Positions 32,148 through 40,840 of a stretch of 64,000 nucleotides of DNA are shown piece by piece. The notes beneath the pieces are model-generated. The model was not told the origin of the DNA, did no database searches, and saw only the letters and a list, made by a program, of their open reading frames with translations. Within the stretch, counting starts at the first letter, position 1, and every line of letters starts with the position of its first letter. Source of the stretch: Bdellovibrionales bacterium (lineage in GTDB: Bacteria; Bdellovibrionota; Bdellovibrionia; Bdellovibrionales; CAYMLA01); NCBI GenBank assembly GCA_965217115.1, contig OZ244239.1:544001-608000 (forward strand). Reading direction: 5' to 3'. A program made the translations under genes and the position numbers.

Positions 32148-32486
32148 GATCTCTTTATTAGGAGAGTAAAAATCGGTATCGCTCTATTTCCCCTGTGATT
32201 CTTAATTTCTGTTTCCAATAGAGATTCCATTCATCAGAAGAGGTCATCATCCCTGGCTCTCCATCTGTAACAAGCCTCTCTTTAAAACTCTAAACTGACA
32301 ATCTACGCAAGGGGGTAGACACCTCAAAAAACCCCAGGCACCGACAAACTGATATTTGAGCTGTTTTCTCGATGGCATGGAATATGTACTCTAAACCCTT
32401 GAAATTAGCGATATCAATCTGATTTAGGAGAATGGGTCTCCCAAGGAAATAGAACGATACCGATCTCTTTATTAGGAGAGTAAAAA
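32148..32486. repeat. Direct repeat / inverted repeat / inverted repeat / direct repeat element
   Basis: 25-bp DR GATCTCTTTATTAGGAGAGTAAAAA at 32148 and 32462; 20-bp IR at 32172-32191 and 32445-32464 (19/20). Confidence 0.85.
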
Positions 32487-32511
32487 CTCAGCTCTCGGAG
32501 GTTATCTAAGA

Positions 32512-33168
32512 ATGAACAAATTATTCAGAATCCCCACTCTCTTATTTCCAATGTCTGCCCTCGTCTCTTCTATTCTCGTTTTTATCATACCGATGACTTC
32601 ATACGGAGAGACTGGTCTGATAAAATCAAGTAACCCCCGAGAGCCGCAAATCATTATCTTTCAAGAAAACCCTGATGATAAAGATTTTATTATCTATAAA
32701 TTCTGTCTCACGAGCAGAATGATCAATTGTGAGATCATTGGTGATATCAGTGGAATAAGGAAAGACCTTCTCTTAAAAGAAGCCGCAAAGACCCTCAAGA
32801 TGAAGACATTCATGACGTACTTCCAACCCACCGCTTCAGTGGCACTACTCGGCGCAGGACTCGGTCTGACTGCCACCATGCCCGGAGTGCTCATTGCTGT
32901 TGCGGCGGGGTTCTCAACCGCTGTAGGGACTATTTTAGTTTACTTAGAGAGCAATGATCCAGAATTCCTCTCTCAAATGTCCACGGCTCTTAGTACCGAC
33001 AGAAATGGCGTTTTTGTCTTACCAGAGGATATTTCAATAGTTCTTCTTAGTGAAAGCTTAGAGGAAAAACTAAACTCCATAAAAGAAAGGCTCTCTCAAG
33101 ATCACAGGCCCATCCTCCCCAGATATGAAGCATATGAAGCGACCCGAAGGATGATACTAAACATGTGA
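32512..33168 (+). CDS. Hypothetical membrane/secreted protein
   Basis: GGAGG RBS; N-terminal and central hydrophobic segments. Confidence 0.75.
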   Translation: MNKLFRIPTLLFPMSALVSSILVFIIPMTSYGETGLIKSSNPREPQIIIFQENPDDKDFIIYKFCLTSRMINCEIIGDISGIRKDLLLKEAAKTLKMKTFMTYFQPTASVALLGAGLGLTATMPGVLIAVAAGFSTAVGTILVYLESNDPEFLSQMSTALSTDRNGVFVLPEDISIVLLSESLEEKLNSIKERLSQDHRPILPRYEAYEATRRMILNM

Positions 33169-33210
33169 TATTTTGATCTTTAGAACCCCTAAAAATAGGG
33201 CTTCTATTAT

Positions 33211-33459
33211 GATTCTTTATGACAAACAATAGTGGAGCCGTTTTTTTTCTAGAGTCTCTCCCAAAAGAATCCAGCCCTTTTCTTGCTCAAACATCCGTTT
33301 GTCACCTTCCATTGCAGGGAAATGCAATGGAAGTCGCCAAGCCAAACTCGCCGAAAAGAACTGGATTCTTTTGGGAGAGACTCTAGAAAAAAAAGCCCTA
33401 TTCAATCAATGGGTCAATGGGTCTCTTGGGAACAGTTCCACTATTTATCACAAAGAACC
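33211..33459. mobile_element. Non-autonomous MITE-like element, copy 1, containing a nested 132-bp inverted-repeat element
   Basis: Flanked by 8-bp duplication TCTATTAT; terminal IRs; perfect 34-bp inner IR; second copy at 50531-51043. Confidence 0.8.
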
Positions 33460-33682
33460 TCTATTATTCCCTCACAGGGCTCCAGAACAACAATTTACGC
33501 ACAGGGGCAACCACTGTCAGACGACAGTTATAATTGCTACCCATGGAAACTCCTCTCCTTGACACGATTTTCACATCAAAAACAAAGTCCTCGGCTATCA
33601 CTTTAATTATAAACTTATTGCCATCCAGATAAATTTAAAATCTAATGTAGATGCTTATTTTATTATTAGAAAGGAGAATTAT

Positions 33683-34176
33683 ATGAAAATTGTTGTGCTC
33701 TTTTGTCTTTTTCAAATGCTTTCGCCGCTAATTATTTTGAAAATTTAGTTGGATGCTACAAAACTTTAGAATGGAACGGAACCCCGGTTGATGTTCAAGA
33801 TTCTGTGAACCTCTCTAAAATTAAAAAGGGCGACGCTCTTGCAACTTTGAATATGGATTACACAACCATGCCTGCATTTGAGATGGCTTTATTTCAGCAA
33901 GCAACTGCTGACGAGCATCGTTTCGGGTACGCATCTCCTTTTATTAATAAAGGAAGACATAAAGAGAAAAATGGAAAACATACATATCATTTTTCGGGAC
34001 TGGTACGCTACAGATCTCAACCAGAACTTTCAAGCCATCTTCAACATGTCGTAGAAGTAAGAAAATTGAAGAACGGCAATATTTGGATTAAGAATTTTAG
34101 ACAGGTGGCTAAAACAAATGAATTTGATGTCGATGAAACTTACCTTTTAAAACCAATAGCCTGTACTCCTAATTAG
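33683..34176 (+). pseudogene. Secreted hypothetical protein with a frameshift in the signal peptide
   Basis: AGGAG-ATG at 33683 is out of frame with the 33703-34176 ORF; one extra T restores MKIVVLFLSFSNAFA. Confidence 0.6.
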
Positions 34177-34204
34177 ACAAAATTAAATATCCAATGGATA
34201 AATA

Positions 34205-34239
34205 AAAAAGCGAGAAGATCACGGCGGTCATCTTCTCGC
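34205..34239 (-). terminator. Intrinsic terminator hairpin
   Basis: A-tract plus GCGAGAAGAT...ATCTTCTCGC stem. Confidence 0.65.
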
Positions 34240-34513
34240 CCAGGGGCACAACCACTCAAAGCACCAGTCCCAGCCCTATCGGCTGAGACGAGAACTCAAA
34301 ATTCCTACTAATAATCACCAAATTTATCATCAATAGCATCGCCAATGACGCTTCCAAGACTGCTACTTTTGTCTTCTTCGGAACAAACCACCTATTGATT
34401 CATATTCTTAAAGGTGTGACAGTATTTTTCAGCCCGAGATTTAACTCCCTTTAAAATGATATACCGCGATTATTGCGAACAATGGCCCCTGCCCAGAGCC
34501 CATCCTCTGTAGT

Positions 34514-35755
34514 TTAACGGGCGCCTCTATTAGGGGGACCTAAGGTTTTCTCCCTGTGTTTTTTATTTCCTAATTTTGAGCCCTTGCAAATGTCATTTAG
34601 ATACTCAATTCCATTAAAAACACGATCTCTCATGAAAGCATACCGGCGAGGAGACCTTTTTCTTAGTCTATCGGGAGCAAATCTATACATTGCATAGGTT
34701 TCAGCGAAATCTTCCAAGGGGTCAGTATTTCCATACGTAGAGATAGTAACCCTTTTGTCAAGCTTTTTGTAGCTTTTAAAGTATGCTTTACCATCAAGAA
34801 CCTCACTAAAGCCTGAAATATTGAGCCACTCATCACCTTCGTCAAGTAGTCCATAGTCCTCCGTCTGACCCGCTCTATGCCCTATTTCATGGGCAATGAT
34901 GTAAATTTGACGATTGTCCTTATAATCATCCATCATGTTTTCATACACTATTCCTGTCGCATCGGCTATCGTAGACTCATTATGTAGTTTTAATTTATAA
35001 CCTTTTAAATAGGGGTAGAAGGTGCTGTTATGAATTGTCCTTTTATGAAGATGTTCGGGGGTAGAATTAAGAGCAGATATTATTAGTTTTAGCGTCTTCA
35101 ACCTAAACCCATTCTTATCCGCACCTATATCAGAGTATTTTGATAGTTGAATACCCTTTGTCTGTTGGGCGTGAAGAAGGTATACTCCTTTGGGATCTCC
35201 AAAAATTCTCTTAGCTGCACAAATGACATCTGAACAAAGGGGCTCTTTATTTCTGATTGTCTCTAAGTTATAAATATAATGTAAATCCCTTCTTGCTCTA
35301 TCTGCGCACATTTTTAGTTCACACTTTCTTGTTATGTACAGTGTATCTTTTTTAATTTCTTCCTTTTTTTTGTAAAAGTGGGCGCTATTAAGATGGGTCG
35401 TTATTTTTAATAACGCTTCTAATTCTCCCTGAGATGGGTTTTTCATTCTAAAACCATCGATCTCTACGTATTCCTTTTTTTCACTCCAATCCAGAGATTT
35501 TACTAACTTTTTATAACCTCTACCCAGTCGAGACAGCATTGATTTATTCTTGTCTGTAAAACTCTCTCTTAATTTTAATTTATTCCTGCCTGCAAAACTC
35601 GCTCTTAATTCTGTTTCCATTTCAGAAACAGATGGTAATTTTACGCATTTCTCTACATAAGAGTTCATCTCACCCTCCCAAACTGCCCAGTGAGCATTTA
35701 CGGAAGCCCCTTTAAAGATGATGATAGAAACTTGTAATATTAAAAAAAATCTCAT
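34514..35755 (-). CDS. Secreted zincin-like metallopeptidase
   Basis: Signal peptide; IAHEIGH and YGNTDPLEDFAETY motifs. Confidence 0.75.
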   Translation of the reverse strand: MRFFLILQVSIIIFKGASVNAHWAVWEGEMNSYVEKCVKLPSVSEMETELRASFAGRNKLKLRESFTDKNKSMLSRLGRGYKKLVKSLDWSEKKEYVEIDGFRMKNPSQGELEALLKITTHLNSAHFYKKKEEIKKDTLYITRKCELKMCADRARRDLHYIYNLETIRNKEPLCSDVICAAKRIFGDPKGVYLLHAQQTKGIQLSKYSDIGADKNGFRLKTLKLIISALNSTPEHLHKRTIHNSTFYPYLKGYKLKLHNESTIADATGIVYENMMDDYKDNRQIYIIAHEIGHRAGQTEDYGLLDEGDEWLNISGFSEVLDGKAYFKSYKKLDKRVTISTYGNTDPLEDFAETYAMYRFAPDRLRKRSPRRYAFMRDRVFNGIEYLNDICKGSKLGNKKHREKTLGPPNRGAR

Positions 35756-36258
35756 TTGAAAAAATCCTCACTAAGAAAAACCTCGGTAATTCTAGGCTTT
35801 TTTGTGTGTGAGTTTGGTTTGAAAATCGAGACGCTAAAAAGCTTTCTTTCGTCAATAATTTGAGAAATATTACTGTGGGGTGTTCTGAGGTATTTTGTTG
35901 AAGCAATTTGTCTTTTATAACGATGTAATATTCTTGATTCACCTCTTGAGATCTTGTGCTTGTCGACCTTAAATTCGAGTCTCAACGAAGAGACTTGTCC
36001 ATTTTTTTTCAACCAAATAGTTGCCTTTCCATTTTTTGATTTTTGAACTAGACGATTTCCATTCTCTTCTATTTTTGCTATCTTGTTCATTAAAATATTT
36101 TTGGCAACTTTCTTATTACTGAAAACTATTGTTAAATTTGGAAAATAACTGCCCACTATGCTCTGAATATCATTTAGCCGTCCATCATCTGACAAAGACC
36201 GCTCTAATGGGTAAATGAGCAAAATAACTATTAGGGCTTGCAAAAAATAATTCATCAC
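35752..36258 (-). CDS. Hypothetical secreted protein coupled to the peptidase
   Basis: ATGA overlap; N-terminal hydrophobic segment. Confidence 0.7.
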   Translation of the reverse strand: MMNYFLQALIVILLIYPLERSLSDDGRLNDIQSIVGSYFPNLTIVFSNKKVAKNILMNKIAKIEENGNRLVQKSKNGKATIWLKKNGQVSSLRLEFKVDKHKISRGESRILHRYKRQIASTKYLRTPHSNISQIIDERKLFSVSIFKPNSHTKKPRITEVFLSEDFFK

Positions 36259-36278
36259 TAATGAATCGGCTTATTGAG

Positions 36279-36358
36279 AACTAAACTAAACTGAACTGAA
36301 CTGAACTGAACTGAACTAAACTAAACTAAACTAAACTAAACTAAACTGAACTAAACTA
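36279..36358. repeat. Pentanucleotide tandem repeat (AACTR)16
   Basis: Directly visible mix of AACTA and AACTG units. Confidence 0.95.
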
Positions 36359-36411
36359 TTGTCTTGTTTGACCTTGCGCAGATTATTTCTAATGGCTCTC
36401 TAGCGCCCTAT

Positions 36412-36462
36412 GGGCCTGCCCAGATTAATCAGGCCCATTTTCTATGTTAAAATGGGCATGGT
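36412..36462. repeat. Double-hairpin module, copy B (copy A at 48880-48929)
   Basis: CAGGYCCATTTTYTATGTTAAAATGGRCA shared, with compensatory changes. Confidence 0.75.
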
Positions 36463-36589
36463 TAGGAAGTTTCTGAAAAGTATTGATGTTTTTTTTATAA
36501 TCTAAAAATGGTTTTTTAAAAAGACTTTAGGAAGTTATCAGTTAAAACATAATGATACTCAATCAGTTGGCATTGGGCCATTTTATGAA

Positions 36590-36607
36590 GTTGCTATTTT
36601 TAGCAAC
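36590..36607. promoter_or_regulatory. Palindromic operator over a putative promoter
   Basis: GTTGCTA-TTTT-TAGCAAC overlapping TTGCTA-N17-TAGGGT. Confidence 0.55.
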
Positions 36608-36638
36608 CTCTGTTAGGGTAATAAGTGAGATTAGTATA

Positions 36639-36965
36639 ATGAGAACGAATGATGTTTATTTGTTGGAGGTGGATGAAATTATTTTTAATCAATGCCCGTT
36701 CACCCAGATTTTAATCCCTTTGAGTCATATTAATTTTGACCAAGGAAACAGCAAAAGAAGTGAATTTTCAATAGAGCAAGTCGCTGAAATCGTGTGTCAG
36801 GTTTTAGATGGGCTTGAACTCGTACCAGACGGCGTGAAAAAAGAGAAAGAGTATTTTGTTTATTTTTTCTCTTTTTCAGAAAAATCGTTCAAGCTAGTTT
36901 TTGCAACTCACTCCCATGGCATTGAAATTGAGGTATTAACACTCCATAGACAAAGGAGGCTTTGA
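36639..36965 (+). CDS. Small hypothetical protein, putative toxin of a TA-like pair
   Basis: 108 aa from ATG 36639 (ORF opens at 36552); ends 1 bp before an XRE/HTH gene. Confidence 0.55.
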   Translation: MRTNDVYLLEVDEIIFNQCPFTQILIPLSHINFDQGNSKRSEFSIEQVAEIVCQVLDGLELVPDGVKKEKEYFVYFFSFSEKSFKLVFATHSHGIEIEVLTLHRQRRL

Positions 36966-36966
36966 G

Positions 36967-37356
36967 ATGGCCGTTAAAAGTATAAAAAAAATAAAAGAAC
37001 CTCAGGAGAAAGCTCTTAAACGAGAACAAATCCTTAAAGAGTTAGAGAAACAAGATGGCCTTGTTGGTTCCCATTCCTTAGACTCTTATGACGACCCTAT
37101 AGACAGGATTAAGTGGAGTGTTTGCCGAGAGATTCTTATTGCTAAAAGGCTTTTGGGATTATCCTCTAAGGAAGCTTCTGAGGTCATTGGTTTGGATAAA
37201 TCTCGAACCTCTGAGATCATGCACTATAAATTTGATAAATTCACCATCGACCGACTTCTCACCTGTTTTTTGAAATTTAGGAACAAGCACCCCCAGATTG
37301 AAAAAAAAGCAAAGGAGATTTTACTGACATTTTCCAAAACCAATATCGCAAGCTAG
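36967..37356 (+). CDS. XRE-family HTH protein (HigA-like antitoxin)
   Basis: LSSKEASEVIGLDKSRTSEIMHYKFDKFTIDRLL helix-turn-helix. Confidence 0.8.
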   Translation: MAVKSIKKIKEPQEKALKREQILKELEKQDGLVGSHSLDSYDDPIDRIKWSVCREILIAKRLLGLSSKEASEVIGLDKSRTSEIMHYKFDKFTIDRLLTCFLKFRNKHPQIEKKAKEILLTFSKTNIAS

Positions 37357-37512
37357 GGAAAACTATGACACTGATAGATGACTTATTGAAAGGAATGATT
37401 TTTCTGCCTTTCTATAGTTATATATTCATAGCAATTTCACCTAATATATGGTATTTCAACACAGCTACACCTAGTCTTCATCATTTAATCATGGAATTTT
37501 TGGAGAAAAAAA

Positions 37513-38469
37513 ATGCAAACGAGATCTTTACTATTTTGTATAACATTAAGCTTTATTCTATCAGCCTGTAGTAGCCCTTCTGAAAATTCTAACAACGTGG
37601 GACAGAATAACATTGAAGAGGCCCAGAAGAGATGGCCTGAAAAAGGACATTATTCCTACAAGTTAAGTAGGAATGGCTGCGAGACGCAGAAAAAATTTGA
37701 ATATAAATATGAGTATTGTCTGACTCTAACGGACAGCCAGTTAAATAATGGTTGTGCTTTAAAAATGCGGCAGAGAATGTATGAAAATAATTGTGGCAAT
37801 GATTTCTCTCAAGTAAACATCAAAGCTCCGTTTATATCTGGCTGGGATGCTCATATACAAAGAAATTGTGCCCTCTATGAAACAAATCAATCTTTCACAG
37901 AGAAAGAATTATGTTTCTTTTTGAAAGACGAAAGTAGGCATGATAACTGTCATTGGCAGCCAAGGAAGCAACACTTTGATGAATATCAGTGTCTGGGAGA
38001 TTTTTCCCAAAGGCCTCCAAAGGTAGAGACAGCTCCTATACCTCAGCCTCCGACATCTGATATTTTATTCAAATGTAAAGTAGATTTTTCTTGGGGAAAA
38101 GAGGAGTTAATAGTAAGAGTGGGGTCTAATGGTGGTTTGCATGCTCAATTGAAAAAAGAGAATAAAGATGACGAGGTACATATATACGGTTTGATAGTAC
38201 GAACTGCCATAGGGCTTGAGAGCGAAGACATACTCAATTCTAATTTTGCTTCCACAATTCGTATGTTTTGGAGCTGGTCTGAAGAATTACCTGGTATTTC
38301 ATTTCTTATTGAAGATGTCTTTTCTTATAAAGAGTATAGTTTAGTGGACTCTAGAGGGAGTATTAAGGTCTCGATACTTAAGAATAACAAAGGGCAAGTC
38401 CTTTTTTCTGGATATGGTAACGAGTTTTTCGAAAAAAAATCCTATCGCTTATGTAAACACTCACTGTAA
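37513..38469 (+). CDS. Cys-rich hypothetical lipoprotein
   Basis: Lipobox LSAC; GGAG RBS; two related Cys-rich repeats. Confidence 0.8.
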   Translation: MQTRSLLFCITLSFILSACSSPSENSNNVGQNNIEEAQKRWPEKGHYSYKLSRNGCETQKKFEYKYEYCLTLTDSQLNNGCALKMRQRMYENNCGNDFSQVNIKAPFISGWDAHIQRNCALYETNQSFTEKELCFFLKDESRHDNCHWQPRKQHFDEYQCLGDFSQRPPKVETAPIPQPPTSDILFKCKVDFSWGKEELIVRVGSNGGLHAQLKKENKDDEVHIYGLIVRTAIGLESEDILNSNFASTIRMFWSWSEELPGISFLIEDVFSYKEYSLVDSRGSIKVSILKNNKGQVLFSGYGNEFFEKKSYRLCKHSL

Positions 38470-38651
38470 AGTAAATTGTATAAGCTATATCCCTATTTAG
38501 CTACCAAGGTTTTTGGGACCAAATAGAGTACCCTCGGGAAAAGTCTTTTTTTCGAGGGTTCCTAGAGACTTACCCTGTTTTCAATGATTTAAAGAGTATT
38601 GAACTTTTCTTTAATAAGTCAGAAGAGATATCGATAGAGTGTTGACTATTG

Positions 38652-38667
38652 GTATCATATATGATAC
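38652..38667. promoter_or_regulatory. Palindromic operator of the TA operon
   Basis: Perfect 16-bp palindrome GTATCATATATGATAC within TTGACT-N17-TACGTT. Confidence 0.65.
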
Positions 38668-38685
38668 GTTTATAAGTGAGGTTAC

Positions 38686-39000
38686 ATGCGACCATTAGAA
38701 TTGTTCACCTTGCCAAATGGCAAAGTTCCTTTTGAAGAATGGTTTAAGAAACAATCTCCAGGCGCAAGAGTCTCTATTGATAGATACGTTCAACGTCTTC
38801 GCAGGGAAGGAGCGAGTCACAACGTAAAACCTGTGGGCGATGGAGTTTTTGAAGTTAAAATTGATAAAGGTCCTGGGTTCAGGGTCTACTTTTGCACTAT
38901 TGAAAATGTTGTTATTCTCCTTCTTTTAGGGGGAGATAAATCTACTCAAAAACGAGATATTGAAAAAGCAAAAAGTTACAGGAGGTCCATTCATGCGTAG
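38686..39000 (+). CDS. RelE/ParE-family type II toxin (addiction-module killer type)
   Basis: GKVPFEEW, KPVGDGVFEVKID.GPGFRVYF, LLGGDKSTQKRDI. Confidence 0.92.
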   Translation: MRPLELFTLPNGKVPFEEWFKKQSPGARVSIDRYVQRLRREGASHNVKPVGDGVFEVKIDKGPGFRVYFCTIENVVILLLLGGDKSTQKRDIEKAKSYRRSIHA

Positions 39001-39286
39001 GTCAAAAAATTATGACGAGTTCTTCTCTGAACAGCTACACGACAAAGACTTTGCTAGAGAGTATTTACTACAGACCATGAAAGAAGATGGCCTCACTCTG
39101 GTTGAAACCCTGAAACAAATGATTCAGAGAATGGGCATCACTGAGTTTGCAAGTCTGGTAGGAAACCAAAGGGCTAACATATCAAGATTTGTTACAACTG
39201 ACGAACACCCTAGAATGGAAACCCTCAACAGGTATTTGGCTCCCTTCAACCTTCAAGTAAAACTAGATATAGAAGACGTTGCTTAG
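38993..39286 (+). CDS. HTH antitoxin
   Basis: Overlaps toxin stop; GITEFASLVGNQRANISR...PRMETL. Confidence 0.85.
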   Translation: MRRSKNYDEFFSEQLHDKDFAREYLLQTMKEDGLTLVETLKQMIQRMGITEFASLVGNQRANISRFVTTDEHPRMETLNRYLAPFNLQVKLDIEDVA

Positions 39287-39309
39287 AAAAGAAAGCAAGC
39301 AAGGTCACA

Positions 39310-39561
39310 CAGATTGAAAAAAAAGCAAAGGAGATTTTACTAACATTTTCCAAAACCAATATCGCAAGCTAGGGAAAACTATGACACTGATAGATGACTT
39401 ATTGAAAGGAATGATTTTTCTTGGGGAAAAGAGGAGTTAATAGTAAGAAAGGGATCTAATGGTGATTTGCATGCTCAATTGAAAAAAAGAGTAAAGATGA
39501 CGAGGTACATATATACGGTTTGATAGTACGAACTGCCATAGGGCTTGAGAGCGAAGACATA
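39310..39561 (+). repeat. Chimeric duplication of 37294-37405 and 38083-38232
   Basis: Near-identical copies joined at the shared 9-mer GATTTTTCT. Confidence 0.92.
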
Positions 39562-39699
39562 ACCAACAACGAATATCAATCAAAAGACACTGATTTCATC
39601 TCACCCGATAGGCACAGTGACATCAAAAATGCCATGAAGGAGTTTCTGACCGCCACTGTATTTTAAAGAAATTCAGGGGGAGGGCTAAGAATGAGCTTG

Positions 39700-40506
39700 T
39701 TAGAAATAGCCCACAAGAGAAATACCAAAACCACTAGCATTCGTCTCTAGAGTCTCTGAAGTGTCTTTAACCTTAAAAGGCACCGATACTACACCATAAG
39801 ACAGAGTTATTCCAAAATAATCCTGTTGCGTAGGAAAAAAAGTGACTCCGACTTCAAAGGATTGACCGATACCAGACAACTCAATATTGCCTTCTATTCC
39901 TTCTTCCTCTCTCTCAATTTGAGCTAATGAAACTTCTATAAATGGAATCAGATAGTTGCCAGATTTATTCTCTATTAAGAATAGAGTCCCATGTATACTC
40001 TTCGCAGTAGAACTAGATTCTTCTGTTTTCTCTCCCGTTATAAAGCCTCCAAATCCAAAGAAACCATTGTTTTTACTTAGACCTATTGCAAATTTTGAAA
40101 TGCTCGATGTTTCAGAAACTGAACCAATTGAAGCATTAGCCAAAGATGAAAAAAACCGTACATTGAAATAAAAACTTCTACTGAAAACATTGTTTTTCCT
40201 TTGAAAGATTGCTCCTTCTCCAATGTCCCCTCTGTTAGCGCACGAAGATGTATCTATAATAGCCAAAAGTTCTTTCTTCTTCTTTAATAAATGAATTACT
40301 TTGGCCAAACACTCATCTTCAAATTCATCAATATGAGAAAGTGTATCACCTTCTATTAGATTACCAACTCCACTGACCACAACTCTCTTCTTATTTTTAC
40401 TAGCACCTTTTACTAAAATTTGAGCATGACTTGACAGGACACAACACAGTAGAACAAGACCAATTTTAATTGTTAATCTAAGAAAAACCATCAAAATTTT
40501 CTCCAA
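39700..40506 (-). CDS. Putative outer-membrane beta-barrel protein
   Basis: Signal peptide, amphipathic beta strands, C-terminal ISLVGYF. Confidence 0.65.
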   Translation of the reverse strand: MEKILMVFLRLTIKIGLVLLCCVLSSHAQILVKGASKNKKRVVVSGVGNLIEGDTLSHIDEFEDECLAKVIHLLKKKKELLAIIDTSSCANRGDIGEGAIFQRKNNVFSRSFYFNVRFFSSLANASIGSVSETSSISKFAIGLSKNNGFFGFGGFITGEKTEESSSTAKSIHGTLFLIENKSGNYLIPFIEVSLAQIEREEEGIEGNIELSGIGQSFEVGVTFFPTQQDYFGITLSYGVVSVPFKVKDTSETLETNASGFGISLVGYF

Positions 40507-40582
40507 ATATTATTATTTTCTCTTAACCACTCCACTACCAGCAAGGTCCGCTTGAGAAGCTTTGGGCAAGCTTGTCTGAAAT

Positions 40583-40659
<77 letters not shown>

Positions 40660-40840
40660 ACAAACAAGAAAGGGCAACATACGCCCATATGCAAAACAGG
40701 TCAATATGACTTCACAAACACGTAAAGTCCCTGACGCTCGCCGTAATTACCTTTTGTCAGTGCCAAGAAGACTAAATCCGTGCATTCTCTCGACGGTTAA
40801 ATAAACGACTCAAAAACCAGTGGAAAAAGGTCTCTTACAC

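Noticed and set aside
33217..33606. Short ORFs 33217-33405, 33283-33606, 33299-33562 (and 50622-50822)
   Set aside because: They arise from the MITE inverted repeats; no RBS or recognisable domain
34300..34500. Minus-strand gene relic ending ...SVIGDAIDDKFGDY*
   Set aside because: Short, two internal stops and no recognisable family; cannot be supported without a search
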